DNA of 64,000 nt from Patescibacteria group bacterium (GCA_041653215.1 JBAZFW010000002.1:8990-72989), one strand, 5' to 3'. Counted from the first letter of the stretch, positions 46,657-55,762 are shown. Translations and numbers: made by a program. Notes: generated by a model from the sequence alone, not told the origin.

Positions 46657-48168
46657 ATGACTGAAAAAATAAACGAACGCGAAGATCGACTTAAAAAATT
46701 AGAAGAATTAAAAAAATTAAACATTAATCCTTATCCAGCAAAAACAGAAAAAAATAATACCATAAATAAAACGCTAGCTGATTTTGAAAAATTACAAAAA
46801 GACAGTACTGAATTAAAAATCGCCGGCAGATTAAGAAGCTTAAGGGCTCATGGCAATCTAACTTTTTCTAATATAGAGGATGGCAGCGGTAAAATGCAGC
46901 TAGCGTTTTCTAAAAAAGAAATTGGCGCTGATAGTTATAAAATTTTTACCAAATATATTGATATCGGTGATTTTATACAAATTTCCGGTACAGCTTTTTT
47001 AACCCACAACGGCGAAAAGAGCATTATGGTTAAAGATTGGAAAATATTAACCAAAGCTATTAGGCCTTTACCAGAAAAATGGCACGGCTTAGCCGACGAA
47101 GAAGAATCATTGAGAAAACGCTATTTAGATATTTTATTTAATGACGAAGTAAAAGAAACATTCATAAAGCGCGCTAAATTTTGGCAAGCCACTAGAGATT
47201 TTTTAATTAAACATGATTTTTTAGAAGTTGAGACTCCGGTCTTAGAAAATACTACCGGCGGCGCTGACGCTAAGCCTTTCGAAACTCACCACAACGCGCT
47301 TAATATGGATGTTTATTTAAGAATTTCCATGGGCGAATTATGGCAAAAAAGATTAATGGTAGCAGGTTTCGAAAAAACTTTTGAGATTGGCAGACAATTT
47401 AGAAATGAGGGCATGGACGCTGAGCATTTACAAGATTACACGCAAATGGAATTCTATTGGGCTTACGCCGATTATGAGGCTGGCATGAAATTGGTGGAAG
47501 AATTATTTAAATATACTGCCCAAGAAACTTTCGGCACGCTTAAATTCAAAATTAAAAATTTTGAAGTTGACTTAGGTAAAAAATGGGAACGCTATGATTA
47601 TCGAGAAACTGTAAAAAAATATACGCATATTGATATTTTAGATACTGACATAAAAAAAATTGAAGCAAAACTTAAAGAGTTAAAAGTGGAATACGATAAA
47701 AAAGGCTTTAATAAAACTCGCGCTATAGATAATTTATGGAAATATTGCCGAAAACAAATTTGCGGACCAGGCTTTTTAGTCGGCGTGCCGGTTGAAGTTT
47801 CACCGTTAGCTAAAAGAGATGAAGCGCACCCTGAATTAAGCCAAAGATTTCAAGTAATTATTGCTGGCTCGGAATTAGGTAATGGCTATAGCGAATTAAA
47901 TGACCCGCTTGATCAAGCTGAAAGATTTAAAGAACAAGTTAAATTAAGAGAAGCCGGGGATGAAGAAGCGCAAATGTTTGATCAAGAATTCGTTGAAGCT
48001 TTAGAATATGGCATGCCGCCGACCTGCGGTTTCGGTTTTAGCGAACGCGTATTTTCTTACTTGATGGATAAGCCTGGTAGAGAATGCCAAATTTTCCCGT
48101 TAATGAAACCAGTAATAAAAACAAATAAAAAAATAGATGTACACGAATTAAACAAAAAATTAATTTAA
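46657..48168 (+). CDS. lysS: Lysine--tRNA ligase (class II)
   Basis: An OB-fold anticodon-binding N-terminus and class II motifs (FLEVETPVL, FEIGRQFRNEG, GFGFSERV). Confidence 0.95.
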   Translation: MTEKINEREDRLKKLEELKKLNINPYPAKTEKNNTINKTLADFEKLQKDSTELKIAGRLRSLRAHGNLTFSNIEDGSGKMQLAFSKKEIGADSYKIFTKYIDIGDFIQISGTAFLTHNGEKSIMVKDWKILTKAIRPLPEKWHGLADEEESLRKRYLDILFNDEVKETFIKRAKFWQATRDFLIKHDFLEVETPVLENTTGGADAKPFETHHNALNMDVYLRISMGELWQKRLMVAGFEKTFEIGRQFRNEGMDAEHLQDYTQMEFYWAYADYEAGMKLVEELFKYTAQETFGTLKFKIKNFEVDLGKKWERYDYRETVKKYTHIDILDTDIKKIEAKLKELKVEYDKKGFNKTRAIDNLWKYCRKQICGPGFLVGVPVEVSPLAKRDEAHPELSQRFQVIIAGSELGNGYSELNDPLDQAERFKEQVKLREAGDEEAQMFDQEFVEALEYGMPPTCGFGFSERVFSYLMDKPGRECQIFPLMKPVIKTNKKIDVHELNKKLI

Positions 48169-48172
48169 ATTT

Positions 48173-48559
48173 ATGTTAAATAATTTATGTATTATTTTAA
48201 GTAATTGGTGTTTTTTATCTTTGATAATAATAACAATAATTTTAATTTGTATCTTTATCATTGTAAAATTATTTCAATTTAATAAAATTATAAAAATAGA
48301 TGAAAATTACAGAAAATATTCTGAAGACGGAAAAATCTTAGAACAGGGTAATCCAAGAAATATTTGGGACTATCATTTTTTTTCTGGAATCAGTAAATTG
48401 GTGCTTGGGGCAGAATGGCACAAAACAATAATTCTTATATTGCTTGTCATTTTAATTTTTCTTTATTTAAAAACCAAAGATGAGCTATTTAAAACCTTAC
48501 TAATTACTGACTTTGGTATAATTATAGGCGCGATAATAGATAAGAGTATAAAAAAATAA
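48173..48559 (+). CDS. Hypothetical small membrane protein
   Basis: 128 aa, 3 hydrophobic segments, very AT-rich, no recognisable motif. Confidence 0.4.
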   Translation: MLNNLCIILSNWCFLSLIIITIILICIFIIVKLFQFNKIIKIDENYRKYSEDGKILEQGNPRNIWDYHFFSGISKLVLGAEWHKTIILILLVILIFLYLKTKDELFKTLLITDFGIIIGAIIDKSIKK

Positions 48560-48574
48560 TAACATAACAAATTT

Positions 48575-48925
48575 ATGGACTTAGAAAAATTAGAACCAGA
48601 TTATACCTTAGAGCCAATAGATCAAAAAACATCTATACAAAAAAAATTAGACAAAATCAACGGGCTAATGCCGTCAGGCGATATTGCCTATGATGTAAAC
48701 AAATTTTTTGAAATAACGAACAGGAAAGATTTATATAAAAAAATTCACGCCGATAAAAACCCTCGCACAGTTTTAGATACGCTTAATATGATAAAAAAAG
48801 CCTGCCAAGAAATAATTAAAGATCCAGGAAATTTAACTTTTGTTAGCGAAGAAAAAAAACAAGCGGAAATCCAAGCCATTGAAAGATTAATAGATTTTTA
48901 TTCAAAAGAGTCTCCGGAAAAATAA
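48575..48925 (+). CDS. Hypothetical protein
   Basis: 116 aa open frame, tightly spaced with its neighbours. No family recognised. Confidence 0.4.
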   Translation: MDLEKLEPDYTLEPIDQKTSIQKKLDKINGLMPSGDIAYDVNKFFEITNRKDLYKKIHADKNPRTVLDTLNMIKKACQEIIKDPGNLTFVSEEKKQAEIQAIERLIDFYSKESPEK

Positions 48926-48956
48926 AAAACATTTTAAACTAACTAAATAATAAATT

Positions 48957-49301
48957 ATGCCAGAATTCTTAAAAACAGAATGGCCGGAAGGAACAACAGA
49001 CAAAAAAGGATTGAATGGTAAAAGAGAAATTATTTTGCCAGAGCCAACAAACATGAATGAATTTAGCCGTAAAAAATTATCTGAAAAAGCTAAAATTAAT
49101 CGTTCAATAACAGAAGATGAGCGAATGCCAATTAATCCTCAATTTTCTCAAAACAGAGAAAAAGTAAGATTAACTTTTTATAATGAAGATGAAAAAATAG
49201 TTACTGCTATGAATAAAAAATATCCTCGCCGCCAAGAGCAGATTGTAAAAAATAAAAGAAATGAAAGAAAGTTTGCAGAAAGACAAGATGTTGCGGCTTA
49301 A
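48957..49301 (+). CDS. Hypothetical basic protein
   Basis: 114 aa, K/R/E-rich. No family recognised. Confidence 0.4.
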   Translation: MPEFLKTEWPEGTTDKKGLNGKREIILPEPTNMNEFSRKKLSEKAKINRSITEDERMPINPQFSQNREKVRLTFYNEDEKIVTAMNKKYPRRQEQIVKNKRNERKFAERQDVAA

Positions 49302-49311
49302 AAATAAAAAT

Positions 49312-49704
49312 ATGAAAACTGTCATGGCTTTCGGCACTTTTGACATTTTACATCCTGGGCATATTAATTTTTTAAAACAAGCAAAAAAATACGGAAATTT
49401 AATCGTGGTTATAGCGCGCGACAAGACGGTTAGGGAAGTTAAGGGTAAATTGCCCAAATATGGCGAAAAAGAGCGCCTAAAAGCCATTTTAAGCCTAAAT
49501 TTAACCAACAAAACGATATTGGGTAGCTTAAGAGACAAATATATGGCTATAAAAAAATATAAACCAGACGTGATTGCTTTAGGTTATGACCAAACGCATT
49601 TTACTGAACAACTAGTAATTAAATTAAAAGAATTAGATTTGAAAACAAAAATCGTTAGATTAAAATCCTATAAACCAGAAATTTACAAATCTTCTAAATT
49701 ATGA
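49312..49704 (+). CDS. Cytidylyltransferase-family nucleotidyltransferase (RibL/TagD-like)
   Basis: FGTFDILHPGHINFLKQAKKYG (HxGH motif). The start was set at the ATG at 49312, after the upstream stop. Confidence 0.65.
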   Translation: MKTVMAFGTFDILHPGHINFLKQAKKYGNLIVVIARDKTVREVKGKLPKYGEKERLKAILSLNLTNKTILGSLRDKYMAIKKYKPDVIALGYDQTHFTEQLVIKLKELDLKTKIVRLKSYKPEIYKSSKL

Positions 49705-50144
49705 AAATAACAATTTGTGGAAGCATCAGTTCATCTGCAAAAATGATTGAGACAGCCGATGAATTAACTAATCTTGGTTACGCTTGCGAGTTGCCTTATA
49801 GCACTCGAAAAATTAAGTGCGGCGAACTTATACTTGAATCATGTTTAAAGGAAATAAAAACCAACGGCGATAAAAAATTAAGAAGAGAAGCTGATGTCGA
49901 CGTTATTAAAGAACATTTTGAATTTATTAAAAATAGCGATGCTATTTTGGTGGTAAATATAGATAAAAATGGAATAAAAAATTATATTGGCGGCAACGTT
50001 TTGATGGAAATTGGATTCGCCTATGTTTTGGAGAAAAAGATATTCTTGCTGAATCCGATTCCAGAAGTAGGATATAAAAATGAAATTATAGCCATGCAAC
50101 CAATTATTCTAAATAGTGATTTAAATAAAATTCGTAATTTTTAA
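49701..50144 (+). CDS. Nucleoside 2-deoxyribosyltransferase-like small Rossmann protein
   Basis: MKITICGSISS..., ...AILVVN... and MEIGFAYVLEKKIFLL fit the pattern of that superfamily. The assignment is weak. Its ATGA overlaps the upstream gene. Confidence 0.3.
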   Translation: MKITICGSISSSAKMIETADELTNLGYACELPYSTRKIKCGELILESCLKEIKTNGDKKLRREADVDVIKEHFEFIKNSDAILVVNIDKNGIKNYIGGNVLMEIGFAYVLEKKIFLLNPIPEVGYKNEIIAMQPIILNSDLNKIRNF

Positions 50145-50159
50145 TTTATAATTGATTAT

Positions 50160-51437
50160 ATGTTAGATATTAAATTTATCCGTGAGAACAAAGAACTTAT
50201 TAAGCAAAACAGCAAAAATCGATTATCAGGAATTGATGCTGATAATTTTTTTGAGTTAGACGAAAAACGAAGAAAATTAGAAGCTGAGATTGATGAACTC
50301 AGGGCTAAACGCAATCGCGTTTCAAAAACTAAACCTGGACCGGAAGAAATTGCCGAAATGAAAAAATTAGGAGAAAGTTTAAAAAGTTTAGAAGAAAAAC
50401 ATAATTCTGTTTATGTTAAATTTGACGAGATACTTCATCAAATTCCTAATTTAACTCATCCTGATGTGGTTGTGTGCGACGATGAGGATAATAATCCAGT
50501 TTTAGAAACTTTTGGCAAAAAAACAAAATTTAATTTTACTCCGCTTGATCATGCTGAGTTAGCTGAAAAATTAGACTTAATTGATTTTGATAGAGCTACT
50601 AAAATTAGCGGCGCTAAATTTTATTATTTAAAAAATGAGGCTGTTTTATTAGAATTGGCTTTAATTCAATACGCCCTAGATACTGCCATGAAACATGGCT
50701 ATACGCCATTTACTACGCCCGACCTAGCCAAACAAGAGGTTTTGTCAGGCTTAGGCTTTAACCCCAGAGGAGAATCTACGCAAATTTACAATATCGAAAA
50801 TACTGATTTAAGTTTAATCGGTACGGCCGAAATTACTATGGGCGGCTATCATATGAATGAAACTTTAGAGGAGAGCGAATTGCCTAAAAAATATGTGGCC
50901 GTATCGCATTGTTTCCGCACTGAAGCCGGTAGTTATTCAAAATTTTCTAAAGGCATTTTCCGCGTGCACCAATTTACTAAAATAGAAATGTTCCAATATG
51001 TTCTACCTAAACAAAGCGAAGTGGCGCATCAAGAACTTTTAAAAATTGAAAAAGAAATATTTAAAGGTTTGGAAATCCCTTTCAGAGTAATTGACCATTG
51101 CACGGCTGATTTAGGCGCGCCATCTTATCGAACGTTTGATCTTGAAGCCTGGCTACCCGGTAAACCGAATAAGCAAGGTGAAATGGGGGATTGGGCGGAA
51201 ATAACTTCAACATCAAACTGTACTGATTATCAAGCCAGAGGACTTAGCATTAAATACAAAGATAAAAATGGCGAAAAAAATTATGTTCATACTTTAAATG
51301 GCACAGCCATCGCCATAAGCCGCGCCATAATCGCCATTATGGAAAATTTTCAACAAGCCGACGGCTCAATTAAAATTCCAAAAGTTTTACGAAAGTATTT
51401 GCCGGGGAAATTAAAAATAATTAAAAAGAAAAAATAA
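50160..51437 (+). CDS. serS: Serine--tRNA ligase
   Basis: An N-terminal coiled-coil arm and class II motifs (FRTEAGS, FRVHQFTKIEMF, LNGTAIAISRAIIAIMEN). Confidence 0.95.
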   Translation: MLDIKFIRENKELIKQNSKNRLSGIDADNFFELDEKRRKLEAEIDELRAKRNRVSKTKPGPEEIAEMKKLGESLKSLEEKHNSVYVKFDEILHQIPNLTHPDVVVCDDEDNNPVLETFGKKTKFNFTPLDHAELAEKLDLIDFDRATKISGAKFYYLKNEAVLLELALIQYALDTAMKHGYTPFTTPDLAKQEVLSGLGFNPRGESTQIYNIENTDLSLIGTAEITMGGYHMNETLEESELPKKYVAVSHCFRTEAGSYSKFSKGIFRVHQFTKIEMFQYVLPKQSEVAHQELLKIEKEIFKGLEIPFRVIDHCTADLGAPSYRTFDLEAWLPGKPNKQGEMGDWAEITSTSNCTDYQARGLSIKYKDKNGEKNYVHTLNGTAIAISRAIIAIMENFQQADGSIKIPKVLRKYLPGKLKIIKKKK

Positions 51438-51441
51438 TATC

Positions 51442-52155
51442 ATGTTAAAACCGCAACTTGTTATTTTACCTGGTTGGGATGGTACGAAAAAAACTTGGGA
51501 AAATTTTATAAACTTAGCGCAAAAAGATTTTGAAATATACTGCCTTGAATTACCATGTTTCGGCGACGAGCCTTGCCCGAATGAAATTTGGGGCGTAGAA
51601 AATTACGCTGAGTTTGTTAAACAAAAAATAAAAAATTTAAATTTAATTAAACCGATAATGCTCGGTCATTCGTTCGGCGGACAAGTCGCCGTTTATTTAG
51701 CCGCGACTTCGCCAGAATTAATAAGCCAACTAATTTTAAGTGGCGCTGCGGCTATTAGGCCAAAATTAAATTTAAAAAGATTTGTTTTTGGCTCATTAGC
51801 TAAAATTGGAAAAATATTTTTCAGCTTACCACTAATTAAAAATTTAGGCGCGCCGGCAAGAAAATTATTATATAAATTAGCTGATTCGCCAGATTTTGGA
51901 CAAATTTCTGGTATAAAAAGAGAAATATGCAAAAAAGTTGTCCGCCAAGATTTAACAGAAAATCTAAAAAAAATTAAAACCCCAACTTTAGTTGTCTGGG
52001 GCGATTTAGATAGCTATGTACCGCTTTCGTTGGGTAAAAAGATAGCCGCTCTAATTCCGGGTTCTCGTTTAGAAATTGTTTCTGGCGGTAAACATGGTTT
52101 ACATTTACAAATGCCGGAAAAATTATACGATATAGTTAAAAATTTTTTAGAATAA
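51442..52155 (+). CDS. Alpha/beta-fold hydrolase
   Basis: Nucleophile elbow MLGHSFGG, with D and H in the late region (GDLDSYV, GKHGLHLQ). Confidence 0.75.
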   Translation: MLKPQLVILPGWDGTKKTWENFINLAQKDFEIYCLELPCFGDEPCPNEIWGVENYAEFVKQKIKNLNLIKPIMLGHSFGGQVAVYLAATSPELISQLILSGAAAIRPKLNLKRFVFGSLAKIGKIFFSLPLIKNLGAPARKLLYKLADSPDFGQISGIKREICKKVVRQDLTENLKKIKTPTLVVWGDLDSYVPLSLGKKIAALIPGSRLEIVSGGKHGLHLQMPEKLYDIVKNFLE

Positions 52156-52165
52156 TCATCTTATC

Positions 52166-52247
52166 TGTCATTCCGGCCTTGAGCCGGAATCCAGATTAAG
52201 GCGGTAATAACTTGTTTCTGGATTGCGGGTCGGAGCCCGCAATGACA
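52166..52247. repeat. Complete type-II element (82 bp)
   Basis: tgtcattccggccttgagccggaatccaga, a 21-bp spacer, then tctggattgcgggtcggagcccgcaatgaca. Confidence 0.85.
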
Positions 52248-52255
52248 AAAATATC

Positions 52256-53824
52256 ATGCCCCTATATATTACAATCTTAATTCTCTGGTTTCTAAGCGCT
52301 TTGGCCGACTTCGGCCAATTTTGCTATGTCTGGCAATTTAAAGAATATCGTTTCGATCGGCTCGGCGATTATATTTCGACTCTAAGCGGAAAAAAGTTTT
52401 TTCATGGCTGGCGCGTTTTTAAACGACCCTTAGTTTATCTTATTTTATTTTTAATACTGCCGATTAATTTTAAATCTTTAAGTTACGCTATAATAACGGT
52501 TTTATTTATTGATTTAATTTATAACTTTTGGGCGATTGCTAAGCATAATTTATTACGTCCTAAATTAACTGCTAAATCAGCAATATTGATTATTTTAGGA
52601 TTACTAATTGAAGGCGCATTATTTTTTAGTTTTCTTAACTCTCCTATAATTTTTATAATTTTAGCTTTACGCTGGTTTACTTTTTCCGCTTTAGCCGCAT
52701 TAGCAAAACTACCAACCGGGTTAGCTAAATTAATTTATCTTAAAATTGCTAAAAATAAACTTTTAAAATTTAATAAACTAACCATTATCGGCGTAACCGG
52801 CAGTTATGGTAAAACTACTGTAAAAAATTTCTTAGCGCAAATGTTAAGCGAAAAATATAAAGTTATCATGACGCCGGCTAATATTAATACTGAAATCGGC
52901 ATAGCTAAATTCATTATTAAAAATAATTTTTCAAATTACGATATATTTGTCGTGGAGATGGGCACATATAAAATAGGCGAAATCGCCACTGTCTGTAAAA
53001 TGGTTAAACCTAAAATCGGTATTTTAACCGTAATTAACGAACAACATTTATCATTGCTTAAAACTATAAAAAATACGCAAACCGCTAAGTATGAACTTTT
53101 ACGCAGTTTGCCAAACGATGGTCTAGCTATAACTAATTCTGATAATGAATACTGTCGAGAATTTTTAAATGAACTTAAATGCAAAGTCGAAACATTCGGC
53201 TTAAAAAATGAATATAATCCAGATTGTTTAATTAAAAATGTTTCGGCCGATGAAAAAGGAATAAGTTTTATTGCGGAAATTAAAAATAATGCTGAATTAA
53301 AAATTTCTGCGCCGATTTTAGGCGGACATAACGCTTTAAATATTGCGCCGGTAATACTAACGAGCTTATTTTTAAATTTAAGCGCCGATGAAATTATTAA
53401 ACGTTCAAGCCAGTTACAGTTACCGCCTAAAGTACTACAAACCTATAATTATGGCAAAAGTTTAATTTTAGACGATAGTTACAATGCTAATCCCGACGGT
53501 TTTTTAGCCGCTTTGAATGTTTTAGCTAATTATAAAGAACGTAAAAAAATAGTAGTGACACGCGGCATGTTAGAACTCGGATCAGTTAGCAAAAGTTTGC
53601 ATGAAACAGTAGGTAGAGAGATTGGTAAAATCGCCGATGAATTAATAATTATTTCCGAAGATTCAGCCGTTGATTTAAAAAACGGCGCCAGCAATATAAA
53701 AATAACGATTGAAACTAACTCAGATAAACTACTGGAAATTTTTAAAAATTTAAAAAATCAAGATTGCGTTATTTTAATAGAAAATCGTCTTTCGGAAAAA
53801 ATTTATCAAGAAATAAAACATTAG
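52256..53824 (+). CDS. murF: UDP-MurNAc-tripeptide--D-Ala-D-Ala ligase (MurF) with ~180-aa N-terminal multi-TM domain
   Basis: GVTGSYGKTTVKNFLAQML, ANINTEIGIAKFI and DDSYNANPDGF. The P-loop is at aa 185-188 rather than about 110, and is preceded by 4-5 hydrophobic helices. The start was set at the ATG at 52256, outside the repeat. Confidence 0.75.
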   Translation: MPLYITILILWFLSALADFGQFCYVWQFKEYRFDRLGDYISTLSGKKFFHGWRVFKRPLVYLILFLILPINFKSLSYAIITVLFIDLIYNFWAIAKHNLLRPKLTAKSAILIILGLLIEGALFFSFLNSPIIFIILALRWFTFSALAALAKLPTGLAKLIYLKIAKNKLLKFNKLTIIGVTGSYGKTTVKNFLAQMLSEKYKVIMTPANINTEIGIAKFIIKNNFSNYDIFVVEMGTYKIGEIATVCKMVKPKIGILTVINEQHLSLLKTIKNTQTAKYELLRSLPNDGLAITNSDNEYCREFLNELKCKVETFGLKNEYNPDCLIKNVSADEKGISFIAEIKNNAELKISAPILGGHNALNIAPVILTSLFLNLSADEIIKRSSQLQLPPKVLQTYNYGKSLILDDSYNANPDGFLAALNVLANYKERKKIVVTRGMLELGSVSKSLHETVGREIGKIADELIIISEDSAVDLKNGASNIKITIETNSDKLLEIFKNLKNQDCVILIENRLSEKIYQEIKH

Positions 53825-53833
53825 AAACAAGCC

Positions 53834-53941
53834 TGTCATTGCGAGGAGCGTAGCGACGAAGCAATCTCACGGACAACAATTTTTTACCCAAACTTGCCAT
53901 TAGTGAGATTGCTTCGCTCCCGCTGGTCGCTCGCAATGACA
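53834..53941. repeat. Type-I palindromic element, 108 bp
   Basis: tgtcattgcgaggagcgtagcgacgaagcaatctcac ... gtgagattgcttcgctcccgctggtcgctcgcaatgaca. Confidence 0.85.
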
Positions 53942-53951
53942 AAATATAATT

Positions 53952-55274
53952 ATGTCAATATTCACAAAAACAATTTTTACCGGCTTTGCGCCTAACTTAA
54001 CCGGCCGCGATACGCGCTCGGCTTTAAGTTATTTATTATTGCCTTGGCGCTGGTTAAAAATTTCTTCAGGTAAATATACTGTAATGGCCGAAAAAAAATT
54101 ACGAGAATATTTTAATATAAAACATGCTTATGTTTTTGATAGCGGCCGCTCAGCTCTTTATTATGCTTTAAAGGCTTTAGGAGCAGGGGAAGGCGACGAA
54201 GTTTTAATGCAAGCTTATACTTGCGTTGTAGTAGTTAACGCTATTAAATTTACCGGGGCTAAGCCGATTTTTATTGACATCAATAATACTTTTAATATTG
54301 ACCCGGCCGATTTAGAAAAACGCATCACGCCTAAAACAAAAATTTTAATTATCCAACACACTTTCGGTCTGCCGGCAAATTTAGATTATCTTTTAGCCAT
54401 CGCCGCCAAACATAATATAAAAGTCATTGAAGATTGCGCTCACTCATTAGGCGCGCGCTACAATGGCAAACTAACCGGCACCTTCGGTCATATCGGCATG
54501 CTAAGTTTTGGCTCGGATAAAATTATTTCTTGTGTCCGCGGCGGAGCATTAATTACGAACGATAATGAGATAGGGAATAAAATTAAACAACTATCTTTAG
54601 AATTAGCTAAGCCGAAATTAGGAAAAACATTACAACATTTAATGCATTATCCAATATTCTACATCTCTAAACCTATTTATCATTTATTTATTGGTAAATT
54701 TATACTAATGTTAGCTAAAAAACTCAATGTTTTTAATAAAATAATCTATAAAAAAGAAAAAACAGGGGAGCAAGTCAATTTTTATCCGGCTAAATTAGCT
54801 AATAGCTTAGCGCATATATTATGCGAGCAAATAAATGAAATTGATGAGCTAAATGCGCATCGCCAAACTATCGCCAAATATTATAGCGAGCATCTAAGTT
54901 GCCATTCCGACTCCGAGCGAAGCGAGGAGGAGGAATCCCTTCAACCTGCCATAAAAACAGTTAAGGGATTTCTCGCTAACGCTCGAAATGACAATTCTAA
55001 TAATACTTGTGCATTTTTGCGTTATCCATTGCTAACTAAAAATCCGAAAGAACTTTTAACCTATGCTAAAAAGCAAGGGATAATTTTAGGCGATTGGTAT
55101 AGTTGCGTGATCGCGCCATGCGATAGTGAAATAAATAAAACCGGCTACCATGCCGGCGATTGTCCGAACGCTGAACGCCTAGCCGCCGAGTCAGTTAATT
55201 TACCAACTGATAGGCATATTACGGAAAAACAAGCGGAGAAAATTATAAAAATTATAAATTCATATAATAACTAG
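53952..55274 (+). CDS. DegT/DnrJ/EryC1/StrS-family PLP-dependent sugar aminotransferase (carries an in-frame palindromic element)
   Basis: SGRSALYYALKALG, IIQHTFGLPA, EDCAHSLGA and SFGSDKIISCVRGGAL (PLP lysine context). Confidence 0.8.
   Translation: MSIFTKTIFTGFAPNLTGRDTRSALSYLLLPWRWLKISSGKYTVMAEKKLREYFNIKHAYVFDSGRSALYYALKALGAGEGDEVLMQAYTCVVVVNAIKFTGAKPIFIDINNTFNIDPADLEKRITPKTKILIIQHTFGLPANLDYLLAIAAKHNIKVIEDCAHSLGARYNGKLTGTFGHIGMLSFGSDKIISCVRGGALITNDNEIGNKIKQLSLELAKPKLGKTLQHLMHYPIFYISKPIYHLFIGKFILMLAKKLNVFNKIIYKKEKTGEQVNFYPAKLANSLAHILCEQINEIDELNAHRQTIAKYYSEHLSCHSDSERSEEEESLQPAIKTVKGFLANARNDNSNNTCAFLRYPLLTKNPKELLTYAKKQGIILGDWYSCVIAPCDSEINKTGYHAGDCPNAERLAAESVNLPTDRHITEKQAEKIIKIINSYNN
54900..54992. 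repeat. Type-III palindromic element inside the CDS, read through in frame
   Basis: tgccattccgactccgagcgaagcgaggaggaggaatccc ... gggatttctcgctaacgctcgaaatgac. It is translated as CHSDSERSEEEESLQPAIKTVKGFLANARND. Confidence 0.75.
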
Positions 55275-55329
55275 TTAGGCGAAATAAGGTTCGGAAATTA
55301 AAAAATTTTAAATAAATTTTTTCAACAAT

Positions 55330-55737
55330 ATGGACTATTCTTCAATTCTGTCCGCACTAATTGGCGGCACTGTAGCAATATTTGTTAAATATTTTTTCGA
55401 CAAACGAAAAGAAGATTATTTTAATTTGAATAAAATAATGGAAGATAAATATCGCAGTTTATTAATCTTTATGGCTTGTTCTTTAGATATAAAAAAGAAA
55501 AAACATTTTACATTGAGTGAGCAATACCCCGCAGAATCTGAAAAAGAGTACCTCGAAAAAGTTAAGGAGTACTATTATCACAGCTTATTATATTCTCCAG
55601 ACGAAGTATTATTAAAATTGAAAAAATTTATTCAAGACCCTACTCAAGGAAATTATATTGAAGTGGCAAAAGCGATGAGAAAAGATTTGTGGAGGAGAAA
55701 AACCAAACTAACGGAAAAAGATATTATTATTAAATAA
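55330..55737 (+). CDS. Hypothetical protein with N-terminal TM helix
   Basis: 135 aa. The N-terminus is SSILSALIGGTVAIFVKYFF. No family recognised. Confidence 0.4.
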   Translation: MDYSSILSALIGGTVAIFVKYFFDKRKEDYFNLNKIMEDKYRSLLIFMACSLDIKKKKHFTLSEQYPAESEKEYLEKVKEYYYHSLLYSPDEVLLKLKKFIQDPTQGNYIEVAKAMRKDLWRRKTKLTEKDIIIK

Positions 55738-55762
55738 TTTCCAAGCCTTACATCGTACAACG

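Noticed and set aside
48575-48925. J-domain-like signature (..DLYKKIHADKNPRT..) in the 116-aa hypothetical protein
   Set aside because: The diagnostic tripeptide is HAD, not HPD. The surrounding helices do not align convincingly to a J domain by eye. The similarity is too short to support a call.
752-53941. Possibility that the recurring repeats form a CRISPR array
   Set aside because: Copies are kilobases apart and separated by genes. They are internally palindromic, vary in length (82-179 bp), and have no regular repeat-spacer periodicity. No cas genes are present.
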